From: Chloroflexi bacterium UBA5189
Lineage (GTDB): Bacteria > Chloroflexota > Limnocylindria > Limnocylindrales > CSP1-4
Length of the DNA: 64,000 nt
NCBI GenBank assembly: GCA_002413045.1
Contig: DHWF01000027.1
Span: 41,413-105,412, forward strand
Reading direction: 5' to 3'
Position numbers and translations under genes: made by a program. The notes below the pieces were generated by a model that was not told the origin of the DNA, made no database searches, and was given only the letters and a program-made list of their open reading frames with translations. This document shows, piece by piece, positions 24,782-33,954 of the stretch; positions within the stretch are counted from its first letter, which is position 1; each line of letters opens with the position of its first letter.

Positions 24782-24814
24782 TTCTCCACCTTTTCGTCCA
24801 CCAACTTATCCACA
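24782..24814 (+). promoter_or_regulatory. three direct DnaA-box-like 9-mers with 12-nt phasing
   Basis: TTCTCCACC (24782-24790), TCGTCCACC (24794-24802) and a perfect TTATCCACA (24806-24814) lie in the lower-GC gap between the epimerase stop and the upstream region of 24309..24611. On the minus strand a TACTAT -10-like hexamer sits at 24746-24751. Confidence 0.4.
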
Positions 24815-24818
24815 GCGC

Positions 24819-25865
24819 TTAGAGCGCCCTCGAAACCCCCAGCCCGGGCGCGTCGGTGAGCTGCCAGCGGTGGTCCGCCCCGAGGACGAGGCCGGTAAAC
24901 GGCTCGCTCGCGAGGAGCAGGCTGCCGTCCAGATCGACCCAGTCGGCGAGCGAGGCGACGGCGGCCGAGGCGGCGATGGCGACGGACGTTTCCTCCATGC
25001 AGCCAAGGAACGTTCGGAAGCCGAGCTCTCTGGCGCGGGCCAGCATCAGGGCGGCAGGCCCGGGCCCACCGCACTTCGCGAGCTTGACGTTGACGCCTGC
25101 GATGACCCCAACCAGCGCATCGAGGTCCGCGATGGTGACGCACGACTCGTCCGCGACGATCGGCAGCGGCGAGACCGCCTGGAGCTCGCGGAGCCAGTCC
25201 AGCCGGGTGGCCGGGAACGGCTGCTCGATCAGCTCGACGCCGAGGTCGACGAGCTTCGGCAGCAGCTGGCGAGCGATGTCCGGGGTCCAGCCGGTGTTGG
25301 CGTCGACGCGGAGGGGCTTGTCGTAGACCGCGCGCACCGCCTCGAGCGTCGCGATGTCCGCCGGGCCGCCGCACTTGATCTTGAGGGCGGGAAACCCGCC
25401 AGCCCGCTTCGCTCGCTCGGCGACGATGGCCGGCTCATCGAGCCCGAGGGTGAAGTCCGTTGGCGGTATGTCCGCCGACAACCCGAGCAGCCGATGGACC
25501 GGCAACCCTGAGACCTTGCCCGCGAGGTCGTGCATCGCGGTGTCGATCGCGCACTTCGCGCTGCCGTTCCAGCGGATGGCCCTCTGGAGCCGGTCGCTCG
25601 CGGCGCGGACGCCATCGGGCGTCGGCTCGAAGCCCTCGACGGCCGCGAGCAGGTGCGGGAAGATCGCGGCCATCGTGGCGCCGGTCTCGCCGTAGAACCG
25701 GTCCGGGTAGCCCTCGCCGAGCCCGACGAGGCCGGGGAACCGCTCGTCACGGAGCTCGACGACCACCGTCGTCACCGCGTGGCCGGCGTCGTGGTCGGAG
25801 CGCGCGATGCGGAACGGGTCACGGAGCCCGAGGTGCAGGACCTCCTGCCGAAGGTCGAGCGTCAC
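24819..25865 (-). CDS. dipeptide epimerase (enolase superfamily, mandelate racemase/muconate lactonizing type)
   Basis: Trimmed to GTG at 25865, which overlaps the upstream stop (GTGA). The motifs LKIKCGG, VDANTGW, IEQP and IVADES are typical of L-Ala-D/L-Glu epimerases. Confidence 0.85.
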   Translation of the reverse strand: MTLDLRQEVLHLGLRDPFRIARSDHDAGHAVTTVVVELRDERFPGLVGLGEGYPDRFYGETGATMAAIFPHLLAAVEGFEPTPDGVRAASDRLQRAIRWNGSAKCAIDTAMHDLAGKVSGLPVHRLLGLSADIPPTDFTLGLDEPAIVAERAKRAGGFPALKIKCGGPADIATLEAVRAVYDKPLRVDANTGWTPDIARQLLPKLVDLGVELIEQPFPATRLDWLRELQAVSPLPIVADESCVTIADLDALVGVIAGVNVKLAKCGGPGPAALMLARARELGFRTFLGCMEETSVAIAASAAVASLADWVDLDGSLLLASEPFTGLVLGADHRWQLTDAPGLGVSRAL

Positions 25866-26986
25866 GACGCCTGCGAGGCGCGCGCCGGCGGCGCAATCGG
25901 CACGGCACGCGCAACCCACGGCAGCGCATCTACGGCCTGGTGGACGGCCGCCCACAGCCCGTCCCCGCCGAACCGCACCGGATCAGCGGTCGGGAGACCG
26001 GTCTCCTCGCCGATGCGGGCGACGACCTCGCGCGCCTCCGCATCGTCTGGGTAGAGCATCGTGTTCAAGGCGATCCCGACCACCTTCGAAGGCGCAACGA
26101 GACCGGCGACGGTCTCGTGCACCCGGATGAACTCGGGCAGCTTCGCGATTGGGAAGGTGTGATCGGCGATATGGTCCCAGTCATGCTCGGCGAGGCCCGG
26201 CTTGTGGACCATCACCATCGCCTGCGGCGTCGCGCCGTGGATGAGCCCCAGGGTGACCGACGAATAGGCCGGATGATCGAGCGAGCCCTGGCCCTCGACG
26301 ATGATCCAGTCGCCGCGGCGCTCGGCCTCCTCGATCATCCACTCGACCGTGCCCTGCACGAAGTCGCTGATGACGCGGTCGACCGCGACGCCCCAGCCGT
26401 CGATCATCATGCCGGTCTGGCCGGTCGGAACGAAGACGGCCTTGTCGCCCTGTGCGAGCGCCGCTCGGCGCAGCTCGAGCGCGACCGACATCTTGCCGAT
26501 GGCGCAGTCCGTGCCGACGGTGAGGATCACCCGTTTGCCCGGCGCGTGGGGCCGCCCGATCGCCGTCTCGTGGCGCTCCGGCGGGCGCCGGTAGTCGACG
26601 ATCGTGACGCCTTTCGCCGCGGCCGCTCCCGCGAACTCAGCGTCGTCGCCCAGGAACGTGTGCAGCCCGGAATGCACGTCCAGCCCCCGGGCGATCGCCT
26701 CGAGGATCGTGACGCGCCATTCCGCCGGGAGCTTGCCGCCCGTCGGCGCGATCCCGATGAGGAGGGCGTCCGGCGGCTCTGGGAGCGCCAACGCGGCAGC
26801 GAGGGTCGCCACGGCCGGGATGTCGTGGCCGGGCAGCCACTCGGACACGTTGCGCCCGGCGATCGACGAGTCGAGGACCGCGACCGTTCGGTCGGTCGCG
26901 AAGCGGATCACGCCCATCGCGGTCTTCGCGTGGTGGGCGCCGAACTGGCCCTCGGTCAGGATCACGAGGCGACGGGTCGCAGGCAT
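25862..26986 (-). CDS. DUF1611-family protein (commonly paired with dipeptide epimerase)
   Basis: Trimmed from the 647-aa ORF to ATG at 26986. The translation MPATRRLVILTEGQFG...GTDCAIGKMSVALEL...IVEGQGSLDHPAYS matches the DUF1611 pattern. Confidence 0.85.
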   Translation of the reverse strand: MPATRRLVILTEGQFGAHHAKTAMGVIRFATDRTVAVLDSSIAGRNVSEWLPGHDIPAVATLAAALALPEPPDALLIGIAPTGGKLPAEWRVTILEAIARGLDVHSGLHTFLGDDAEFAGAAAAKGVTIVDYRRPPERHETAIGRPHAPGKRVILTVGTDCAIGKMSVALELRRAALAQGDKAVFVPTGQTGMMIDGWGVAVDRVISDFVQGTVEWMIEEAERRGDWIIVEGQGSLDHPAYSSVTLGLIHGATPQAMVMVHKPGLAEHDWDHIADHTFPIAKLPEFIRVHETVAGLVAPSKVVGIALNTMLYPDDAEAREVVARIGEETGLPTADPVRFGGDGLWAAVHQAVDALPWVARAVPIAPPARASQAS

Positions 26987-27018
26987 GGCCGGAGTGTACG
27001 GTTGCTCGGCTGTCCCGC

Positions 27019-27924
27019 TCAGGCGCCCCCGGCGGCCTGCCGGATCGGCTCGGCTACCTCGCGCGCCATCGTCGCGAGGCCGGCCGGGCCGGCCAGGCCA
27101 GGGATGCCGAGCGTCACGTGGTCGGCTCCGGCGCGCACGAACCCGAGCGCAACCGCTCGCGCCTCGCGCATCCCGGCGGCATCGAGCGAAACCTCGACCT
27201 GGCCGGCGAACGCGAACGTCTCGGGATCGCGGTGCTCGGCCTCGAGCGCTCGAACGATGACGTCTCGGCGCTCGATGAAGTAGTCGACGCTGCCGGCGAC
27301 CGTGCCGGGCATGATCCAGCCATCCGCATACCGCGCCGCAAGCGCGATCCCGCGGGGCCGCTGGCCGCCGAGCCACAGCGCAGGACCGCCTGGCCGGATC
27401 GGCGCCGGCGCAAGCGTCGCGCCCTCGAGCGGGTAGAACGGATCCTGGCGCGTCACGCCTGGCGGTTCGCGCGCGGCATCGGAGAACAGCGCGGCGAGCG
27501 TCGCGACCGCGCTCTCGTAGCGCGCGAATCGATCCGGCATCGGCGGCAGCGGAATCCCGAAGCTCGCATGCTCGCCCGCGTGCCAGCCCGCCCCGAGGCC
27601 CAGCACGAACCTGCCGCCGGTCGCGTTGTCGATGGCGGTGGCCGCCTTGGCGACGAGCGCTGGGTGCCGGAAGGTATTTGCGAGCACCGCAATCCCGATC
27701 CATTTGCCGGGCACGCGATGCGCCAGCGCGGCGGCGGTCGTGAGCGACTCGAAGGCCGTGCCGCCGCGCTCCATGCTCGCGTCGCTCAGGTGGTCGCTCA
27801 ACCATCCGGCCGAGAAGACGTCGAGCTGGCCGGCCGCCGCCCAGATCGCATCGAGCGCGGCCCAGTCGATGCCCTGCGTGGCGCTCGGCGCAACGCGGAA
27901 GCCGAGCAGGCCGGGGCGAGTCAC
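27019..27924 (-). CDS. LLM-class (luciferase-like) F420-dependent oxidoreductase
   Basis: Trimmed to GTG at 27924. The motifs FESLTTAAALA...IGIAVLANTFRHPALVAKAATAIDNATGGRFVLGLGAGW match the family. Confidence 0.8.
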   Translation of the reverse strand: MTRPGLLGFRVAPSATQGIDWAALDAIWAAAGQLDVFSAGWLSDHLSDASMERGGTAFESLTTAAALAHRVPGKWIGIAVLANTFRHPALVAKAATAIDNATGGRFVLGLGAGWHAGEHASFGIPLPPMPDRFARYESAVATLAALFSDAAREPPGVTRQDPFYPLEGATLAPAPIRPGGPALWLGGQRPRGIALAARYADGWIMPGTVAGSVDYFIERRDVIVRALEAEHRDPETFAFAGQVEVSLDAAGMREARAVALGFVRAGADHVTLGIPGLAGPAGLATMAREVAEPIRQAAGGA

Positions 27925-28002
27925 GCGGAGCAGCCTACCGGCCCGCTGGTGGGTCGCGCGACACGACCGGGCGACGGTGCGCGCGGCTACAGTTCGGCAA
28001 CG

Positions 28003-28758
28003 ATGTTCGATGTCGCCGCGGACGCGTATGACCGGTTCATGGGCCGGTACTCCTCGCTGCTCGCGCTGCAGATGGCGGACCTCGCCGGGGTCGCCGCTGG
28101 CCAACGAGCCGTCGACGTCGGGTGCGGGCCTGGTGCGCTCACCTCGGAGCTGGTCCGGCGCCTCGGCCCCGATAACGTCGCCGCGGTCGATCCGTCGGCG
28201 TCGTTCGTCGAGGCGGCGAGGCAACGACACCCGGGCGTCGACGTGCGGGAGGCGACAGCGGAAGCACTCCCCTTCCCCGACGGGGCGTTCGATGTGGCGC
28301 TCGCCCAGCTCGTCGTCCATTTCATGTCCGACCCGGTCGGCGGCCTGCGCCAGATGCGCCGGGTCACTGCGAGCGGCGGCGTCGTGGCCGCCTGCGTCTG
28401 GGACCACGCCGGCGCGAAGGGACCGCTTGGGTTGTTCTGGGAGGTCGCACGTGCCCTGGATCCCACCGCCGTCGACGAGTCCAACCTCGCCGGGGCCCGC
28501 GAAGGCCACCTCGCCGAGCTGTTCGAGGCAGCCGGGCTCCGCGATGTTCATTCGTCGATCGTCGTCGCGCACGTCGAGCACCCGTCATTCGACGCCTGGT
28601 GGGAGCCGTTCACGCGCGGCGTCGGGCCCGCCGGCGCGTACGTGGCCCGCCTGGACGACGCGGCAAAAGATCGGCTGCGCGCCGCGTGTCGCGCCCGTCT
28701 GCCCGCGGGCCAGTTCGGCATCGACGCGCTCGCCTGGGCTGCGAGGGGACTGGCGTGA
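28003..28758 (+). CDS. class I SAM-dependent methyltransferase
   Basis: Trimmed to ATG at 28003. It has motif I VDVGCGPGALT and the FDVALAQLVVHFMSDP motif. Confidence 0.85.
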   Translation: MFDVAADAYDRFMGRYSSLLALQMADLAGVAAGQRAVDVGCGPGALTSELVRRLGPDNVAAVDPSASFVEAARQRHPGVDVREATAEALPFPDGAFDVALAQLVVHFMSDPVGGLRQMRRVTASGGVVAACVWDHAGAKGPLGLFWEVARALDPTAVDESNLAGAREGHLAELFEAAGLRDVHSSIVVAHVEHPSFDAWWEPFTRGVGPAGAYVARLDDAAKDRLRAACRARLPAGQFGIDALAWAARGLA

Positions 28759-30788
28759 CGAGATCCCGGATGGCACGGGCTCGGATCACGCGTGCACGTC
28801 TGCAGCGGCTGGCGTCCGACGGCGGTGATCGACCCCATGGCGCAGGGCACCCCGAACATCACCCGGCGGAAGGAAGCATCGCCACGGGACGTGCGAGCTG
28901 GCGGGATCGCCTCCGCTATCGGGTCGACGAGTTCTTCGCGCGCGGCACCATCGCCCTGATCCTCGGGCTGTTCCTGGTGTCCGCGCTGCTGATCGTGATC
29001 GTCGCAGTGATCGTGGTGGCAACCGGGGCGGGCCAGGGGTCCAGCGCGGGCGACAACCCATCCGTTGTCGACCTCATCTGGATGGGCCTGATGCGGACCC
29101 TCGACTCGGGAACGATGGGCGGCGACGCCGGCTCGGCGACGTTCCTCGGCGCAATGCTGGTCGTGACCCTCGGCGGGATCTTCGTGATCAGCGCTTTGAT
29201 CGGCATCATCAACACCGGCATCCAGAACCGCCTCGACGACCTGCGCAAGGGTCGCTCACGGGTGATCGAGTCAGGCCACACGGTCATCCTCGGCTGGAAC
29301 CAGCAGGTCTTCACGATCATCAGCGAGCTCGTCGGCGCGAACGCCAACCAACGCGGCCGCAACATCGTCGTCCTCGCGGACCGGGACAAGGTCTCGATGG
29401 ACGACGAAATTCGCGCACGCATCCCGGACACCCGTGGCACCAAGATCGTGTGCCGCTCCGGAAGCCCGGTGGACCTCGACGAGATCGACATCGCCGGGAT
29501 CCAGGGGTCGCGGGCGATCATCGTGCTCGCGCCGGAGGTCGAGGAGCCGGACATCGAGGTGATCAAGACGATCCTCGCGATCACCAATGACCCGAACCGA
29601 CGCGCGGCGCCATATCACGTCGTCGCCGAGATCCACGACCCGGCCAACCTCGAGGCAGCGCGGCTCGTCGGTCGCGACGAGGTCGAGCTCATCGCCGTCG
29701 GGGACGTGGTTGCCCGGATCATCGCGCAGACGTGTCGCCAGGCCGGCCTGTCCATCGTGTACGGCGAGCTGCTCGACTTCGACGGCGACGAGATCTACTT
29801 CAGCCGCCAGCCCACGCTGGAGGGCCAGACGTTCGGCGACGCGCAGCTCGCGTTCGAGGACTCCACCCTCATCGGCATCGCGAATCCGGACGGCGTGCGC
29901 CTGAATCCGCCGGCCGCGACCGTCATCGGCGCCGGCGAGCGACTGATCCTGATCGCCGCCGACGACGATGCCATCCATCTGCGCGAAGGCGGGCCGGCCG
30001 CGGTCGACGACGGCGCGATCATCGTCTGCGTGCCGACACCTGTCGCCCGCGAGGCGACCCTCGTGCTCGGCTGGAACCAGCGCGTCCTGCAGATCGCACG
30101 CGAGCTCGATTCATACGTGGCGCCCGGCTCGGAGCTGACCGTCGTCACCGACGACCCGGCGGCAGCTGACGCCCTGGATCGGCTCCGGCCCGACCTCGCC
30201 AATCAGGCGCTCAGGTTCGTGGCGCAATCGTCATCGAGCCGCAGCGCGCTCGATTCCCTTGAGGTCGCGCGCTACCAGCACGTCCTGGTCGTGAGCCCCA
30301 CGGACCGCTACGACCCACAGCGCGCCGACGCCCGAACACTCGTGACGCTGCTCCACCTGCGCGACATCGCCAGCGCGGTCGGCCATCCGTTCTCGATCAC
30401 GTCGGAGATGGCCGACGTCCGCAACCGGACGCTCGCGGAGGTAACTCGCGCCGACGACTTCATCGTCTCGGACCGGTTGATCAGCCTCCTGCTGACGCAG
30501 GTCGCCGAGGAGAAGCAGCTCAACGCCGTGTTCGCCGACCTGTTCGACGCGGACGGCTCCGAGGTCTATCTCCGGCCGATCGCCGACTACGTCGCGACGG
30601 TCCGCCCCGTCACGGTGGCGACGATCGTCGAGGCGGCGCGCCGGCTGGACGAGGTCGCGATCGGCTATCGCATTCGCGCCGAGTCGAACGACGCGACCCG
30701 CGCGTACGGCGTCCACGTGAACCCGCGCAAGGGGACCGCGATCTCGTTCGAGCCCGCCGACCGCGTCATCGTCCTCGCCCACGGCTAG
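28755..30788 (+). CDS. ion channel with tandem RCK/TrkA-N domains (CASTOR/POLLUX-like)
   Basis: Start at GTG 28755 (GTGA overlap) or ATG 28770. It has two N-terminal TM segments flanking a pore-like TLDSGTMGGD segment. Two RCK-like modules follow (HTVILGWNQ..., LVLGWNQR...). Confidence 0.8.
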   Translation: MTRSRMARARITRARLQRLASDGGDRPHGAGHPEHHPAEGSIATGRASWRDRLRYRVDEFFARGTIALILGLFLVSALLIVIVAVIVVATGAGQGSSAGDNPSVVDLIWMGLMRTLDSGTMGGDAGSATFLGAMLVVTLGGIFVISALIGIINTGIQNRLDDLRKGRSRVIESGHTVILGWNQQVFTIISELVGANANQRGRNIVVLADRDKVSMDDEIRARIPDTRGTKIVCRSGSPVDLDEIDIAGIQGSRAIIVLAPEVEEPDIEVIKTILAITNDPNRRAAPYHVVAEIHDPANLEAARLVGRDEVELIAVGDVVARIIAQTCRQAGLSIVYGELLDFDGDEIYFSRQPTLEGQTFGDAQLAFEDSTLIGIANPDGVRLNPPAATVIGAGERLILIAADDDAIHLREGGPAAVDDGAIIVCVPTPVAREATLVLGWNQRVLQIARELDSYVAPGSELTVVTDDPAAADALDRLRPDLANQALRFVAQSSSSRSALDSLEVARYQHVLVVSPTDRYDPQRADARTLVTLLHLRDIASAVGHPFSITSEMADVRNRTLAEVTRADDFIVSDRLISLLLTQVAEEKQLNAVFADLFDADGSEVYLRPIADYVATVRPVTVATIVEAARRLDEVAIGYRIRAESNDATRAYGVHVNPRKGTAISFEPADRVIVLAHG

Positions 30789-30797
30789 GCGGTTTGA

Positions 30798-31424
30798 TCA
30801 GGACGTCGCGGATGCACCCTTCCGGCGGCGTCTGCCGAGCATCGCGAGGCCGAGCATGCCAACGACGACGGCTGCGGCGATCGCAATGAGCCAGGTCGGC
30901 GCTGCGGAGGCAGGCGACGTCACCGCGGCTGCATTCGGGCTCATCGCCGCTCCCTGGTCGGGCGCGCCGATGCGCGGGTAGCTCGGAAACGTCACCGGGA
31001 ACGAGACGTCCATCGGCGTCCCGTCGATCGATCCGCTGAGGACGAGCGTCCAGGCGCCCCCGCCCTGTGGGTCGAAGGCGGCACCGTCGGTCGTGTGATC
31101 GAGGACGTAGAAGCCGGTGCCGTCGATCGGTGGGACCGTGAGATCGAGCTGCTGACCATGCCCGGTCGCGACGGCCTTGATCGAGCTTTCGAGCCCGAGG
31201 ATCGGCACCTCGTTCTTGCGCACCCAGAACTGGAAGCCGGCGTGGTTGTTGGCATACACGGGCTCCTCGACGAGCACGACCAGGATCGTGTACGGCCCGA
31301 CCGTCCGGTTCACGTGCGCCGCCACGCCTGACGCGCTCGCGCCGACCCACACGATCGCCGAGAGTGCCGCGGCAGCCACGGCGAACGCCCGAGCCAGCCG
31401 AGGTCGATAAGGACGCATGACCAC
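30798..31424 (-). CDS. secreted, C-terminally membrane-anchored hypothetical protein
   Basis: 208 aa with signal peptide AFAVAAAALSAIVWVGASASGVAAH. The C-terminal TM segment WLIAIAAAVVVGMLGLAML is followed by RRRRK. I do not recognise a family. Confidence 0.65.
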   Translation of the reverse strand: MVMRPYRPRLARAFAVAAAALSAIVWVGASASGVAAHVNRTVGPYTILVVLVEEPVYANNHAGFQFWVRKNEVPILGLESSIKAVATGHGQQLDLTVPPIDGTGFYVLDHTTDGAAFDPQGGGAWTLVLSGSIDGTPMDVSFPVTFPSYPRIGAPDQGAAMSPNAAAVTSPASAAPTWLIAIAAAVVVGMLGLAMLGRRRRKGASATS

Positions 31425-31535
31425 CGGACCGTATCCGGTCGCCAGAAACCGCCAAGGCCTCAGAAGTCAGGGTCGGTCCCATCCGCCTGAGCGCAGGCGG
31501 CCAACGCCGCCATGGGGTCGGATCACCCGGTGGAG

Positions 31536-31612
31536 TGGTACCGCATATCGGATTCGAACCGATGATCTCCGCCTTGAGAGGGCGGTGTCCTGGGCCTCTA
31601 GACGAATGCGGC
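31536..31612 (-). tRNA. tRNA-Glu (anticodon CUC)
   Basis: The reverse complement GCCGCATTCGTCTAGAGGCCCAGGACACCGCCCTCTCAAGGCGGAGATCATCGGTTCGAATCCGATATGCGGTACCA folds as a cloverleaf. The D-arm GTCTAGAGGCCCAGGAC is characteristic of tRNA-Glu, the anticodon loop is CUCUCAA, the T-loop is GGTTCGAATCC and CCA is encoded. The G1-U72 pair is a wobble. Confidence 0.9.
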
Positions 31613-31655
31613 ACGGGCCTCCGGCGCGTGGCCGGGAGGCGGCATTCTAGCAAGC

Positions 31656-32516
31656 CTAGAGGCGGTGAGCCTCCAGGAACCCTCGGAGCGCATCGGCGAC
31701 CTGCGTGTAGCCCTCCTCGCCCAGAATCAGGCCGTAATGCGAGTGCGCGCCGAACGGCTCGAACTCGGCACCGAGCCACGTCGCGAGCCGCTCGGCGGCA
31801 TCCACGGGGACCACCCGATCGAGCCCCCCACCGATGACGAGCTTGGGCACCTCGGCGAACCGCGCCGGATCGACCTTGACGCCGCGCAGCATCGTTCGTC
31901 GCGCACGACCCGACTCGTGCGGCTTCTGGCCCATCAGGTGCTGGACGCGCAGGACGTCGGCCAGGGACAGGTCGCGATGGTCGCGCTGGAGCTTCTCCGG
32001 CAGCGTGGCCCAGCCGAGGAGCGACGGCCCGAACAGCTCGGGGATCTCGCGGATCAGGTGCGGCTCGGTGGCCTCCCGGATGTCGGCCGGCAGCTCCGGC
32101 CCGACGAGCACCAACCCGCTCACCGGGTGTCGCTCGGCCGCTTTCAACGCCAGGAGCGCACCCATCCCGTGCCCGACGACGACCACCGACGCGCCGAGCC
32201 GTTCGATCGCCGCCCCGACATCGTCGACGAAGGACTCGAACGAGAGCTCCGCGGGATCCGCCGTCTGGCTCCAGTGATGGTTGCGGAGGTTGAGCGCGTG
32301 ACCCTCCCAGCCACGACCGGCGAAGTAGCCGAGGAAGCGCTCCCAGGCCCACGAGCCCGCGAGCTCGCCGTGGACGAACAGGAGCGGCTTGCGCCGAGAG
32401 CGCCGCTCGGGCAGCCACGACTCGATGTACAGCCCGCGCTCGTGCAGCTCGATCTCGTCCTTGCGGACGGGCCGGCTCGGCGGCGGGGGCAGCGTGGCTT
32501 CGGGCGAGCTGGGCAT
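31656..32516 (-). CDS. alpha/beta-hydrolase-fold protein with Gly in place of the nucleophile Ser
   Basis: 286 aa. It has LLFVHGELAGSWAW and the nucleophile elbow VVVVGHGMGALLALKAAE, where canonical is GHSMGG. The Asp (GGLDRVVP) and His (AHSHYG) positions look retained. Confidence 0.8.
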   Translation of the reverse strand: MPSSPEATLPPPPSRPVRKDEIELHERGLYIESWLPERRSRRKPLLFVHGELAGSWAWERFLGYFAGRGWEGHALNLRNHHWSQTADPAELSFESFVDDVGAAIERLGASVVVVGHGMGALLALKAAERHPVSGLVLVGPELPADIREATEPHLIREIPELFGPSLLGWATLPEKLQRDHRDLSLADVLRVQHLMGQKPHESGRARRTMLRGVKVDPARFAEVPKLVIGGGLDRVVPVDAAERLATWLGAEFEPFGAHSHYGLILGEEGYTQVADALRGFLEAHRL

Positions 32517-32546
32517 CAGGCCTCCAGGCAGTCGAAGGATCGGCGG

Positions 32547-33917
32547 CTATTCGAGCGGATTGATGACGAGGCCGGTGATGGCCTTCGGGTAGATGTACGT
32601 GCTCTTCTGGGGCATCACGTCGCCGTCCGCGGCGACGGCAACGATCTCCGACGCGGGCGTCGGGTCGAGGAGGAGCGCGACCGACGCCGGCTGCGAGCCG
32701 GTCGGAGACGTCCCCGCATCGACCCATGCCACCGCCTCGGCAACGGACATCGTATAGGCGATGCGGCCCTCCGCAACCGCGGCCGGCCCGATGCCCGCGA
32801 GCCGCTCGATGGCGACGGAGGCGAGGGTCACATCGAGCCGGCGAACCGCCGAGCCGCCCGCAGGTAGCCATGGGACGAACGCCGCGCGCCTGGCCTCGAG
32901 GATCGCGCCGCCGTGGCGCGTCCACAGCCCGAACCGGCCCTCGCCCCCGGCCCCATCATCCGAGCCACCGAACGCCGCGAAGAGCCTCGTGCGATCGAGC
33001 CCGGCCTCGACATCGAACAGTTCGGCAAGGCTTGCGAGGAACGCATCGACGGCGGCGTCGTCGAGCCCGAGGAGCACCCGATGCGTTGGCAGGACGGTGA
33101 GCGCTCCTTCCACCGGCTCGAGGATCAGCATCAGGATCTCGGCCCAGGCCGGATCCCCCTCGATCGTCGGGCCGGTCCTGCGCTCCTCGGCGTAGCGGAG
33201 CGCCGTCTCGTAGCGATGGTGGCCGTCGGCGAGGGTGATCGGACTGGCTCCGAGGCCCTCGCAGGCGGCCCGAACCGCGGCGTCCCGTGCCTCGTCCTCG
33301 CCGACCGTCGCGATCCAAAGCCGATGCCGGACGCCCGCGCCATCGACGAGGTCAGAGGCCGGTGCCGTCTCGGCCACCTCGGCCAACCAGGCGGGCACCG
33401 TCCCCGTGCGATCCGTGCCGAGCCCCACGACCGGGCTCGTGTTCACCCCGGTTGCGCGCAGCAGTCGATAGCGGTCCTCGCGCGGCTCGGCGAGCGTTCG
33501 CTCGTGGGCGCGGATCCCGGATCCGGCGCCGAACGGCTCCAGGACCACGCGCGCGAAGATCCCGCGACGGGTCGCCACGCGCTCAGTGCCCGGCACGGTG
33601 TAGGTCTGTTCGTACGGGTACAGCGCAGGCCGGGGGTCGCGCCGGAGGGTCCCGTCGGAGCGCCACGCGCCAAGGAGCCGCGCCGCGCGCCGATAGCGCT
33701 CGTCGGGCGGGTCGCCGGCCTCGTCCTCCGGCAGGTCGAGGCGCACGACATTGCGGGAATCCCGCGCCAGGAGCTGCACATGTTCCGCCGCGGAGATCAC
33801 GTCATACGGCGGCGCGACAACGGCCGCGAGGTCGTCGACCATCTCGCGGGAGTAGCGGAGCGCGCGAAACGGACGGATCGTGGGCACGGGCGGGAATCGT
33901 ACGATAGCCCGCGCCAT
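32547..33917 (-). CDS. DUF1015-family protein
   Basis: 456 aa. The motifs IRPFRALRYS...VVAPPYDVIS...LADGHHRYETAL match the family. Confidence 0.8.
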   Translation of the reverse strand: MARAIVRFPPVPTIRPFRALRYSREMVDDLAAVVAPPYDVISAAEHVQLLARDSRNVVRLDLPEDEAGDPPDERYRRAARLLGAWRSDGTLRRDPRPALYPYEQTYTVPGTERVATRRGIFARVVLEPFGAGSGIRAHERTLAEPREDRYRLLRATGVNTSPVVGLGTDRTGTVPAWLAEVAETAPASDLVDGAGVRHRLWIATVGEDEARDAAVRAACEGLGASPITLADGHHRYETALRYAEERRTGPTIEGDPAWAEILMLILEPVEGALTVLPTHRVLLGLDDAAVDAFLASLAELFDVEAGLDRTRLFAAFGGSDDGAGGEGRFGLWTRHGGAILEARRAAFVPWLPAGGSAVRRLDVTLASVAIERLAGIGPAAVAEGRIAYTMSVAEAVAWVDAGTSPTGSQPASVALLLDPTPASEIVAVAADGDVMPQKSTYIYPKAITGLVINPLE

Positions 33918-33954
33918 CGGCCCAGCGGCCGAGGCCGGCGGCTGATCCCGGGGG

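Noticed and set aside
24782-24814. DnaA-box cluster as the chromosomal origin (oriC)
   Set aside because: There are only three boxes, no AT-rich unwinding element and no dnaA/dnaN/rpmH/gyrB neighbours. I kept it only as a possible regulatory or titration site.
25862-27805. Long N-terminal extensions in the ORF track (for example 647 aa here; also 27019..28581, 27118..28758, 28599..30788, 51426..53309, 54844..56004, 56981..58243, 58330..59778, 60026..61453, 19725..21344 and 43728..45191)
   Set aside because: The extensions are Arg/Gly/Pro-rich and overlap neighbouring real genes. I trimmed each to an internal ATG/GTG/TTG that has an RBS or a stop-start overlap and where the recognisable family N-terminus begins.
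31536-31612. tRNA-Glu as an integration site marking the CIS region as a mobile island
   Set aside because: No integrase or recombinase gene is present, and I could not find a direct repeat of the tRNA 3' end elsewhere in the window. About 9 kb of ordinary metabolic genes separate it from the CIS accessory genes.
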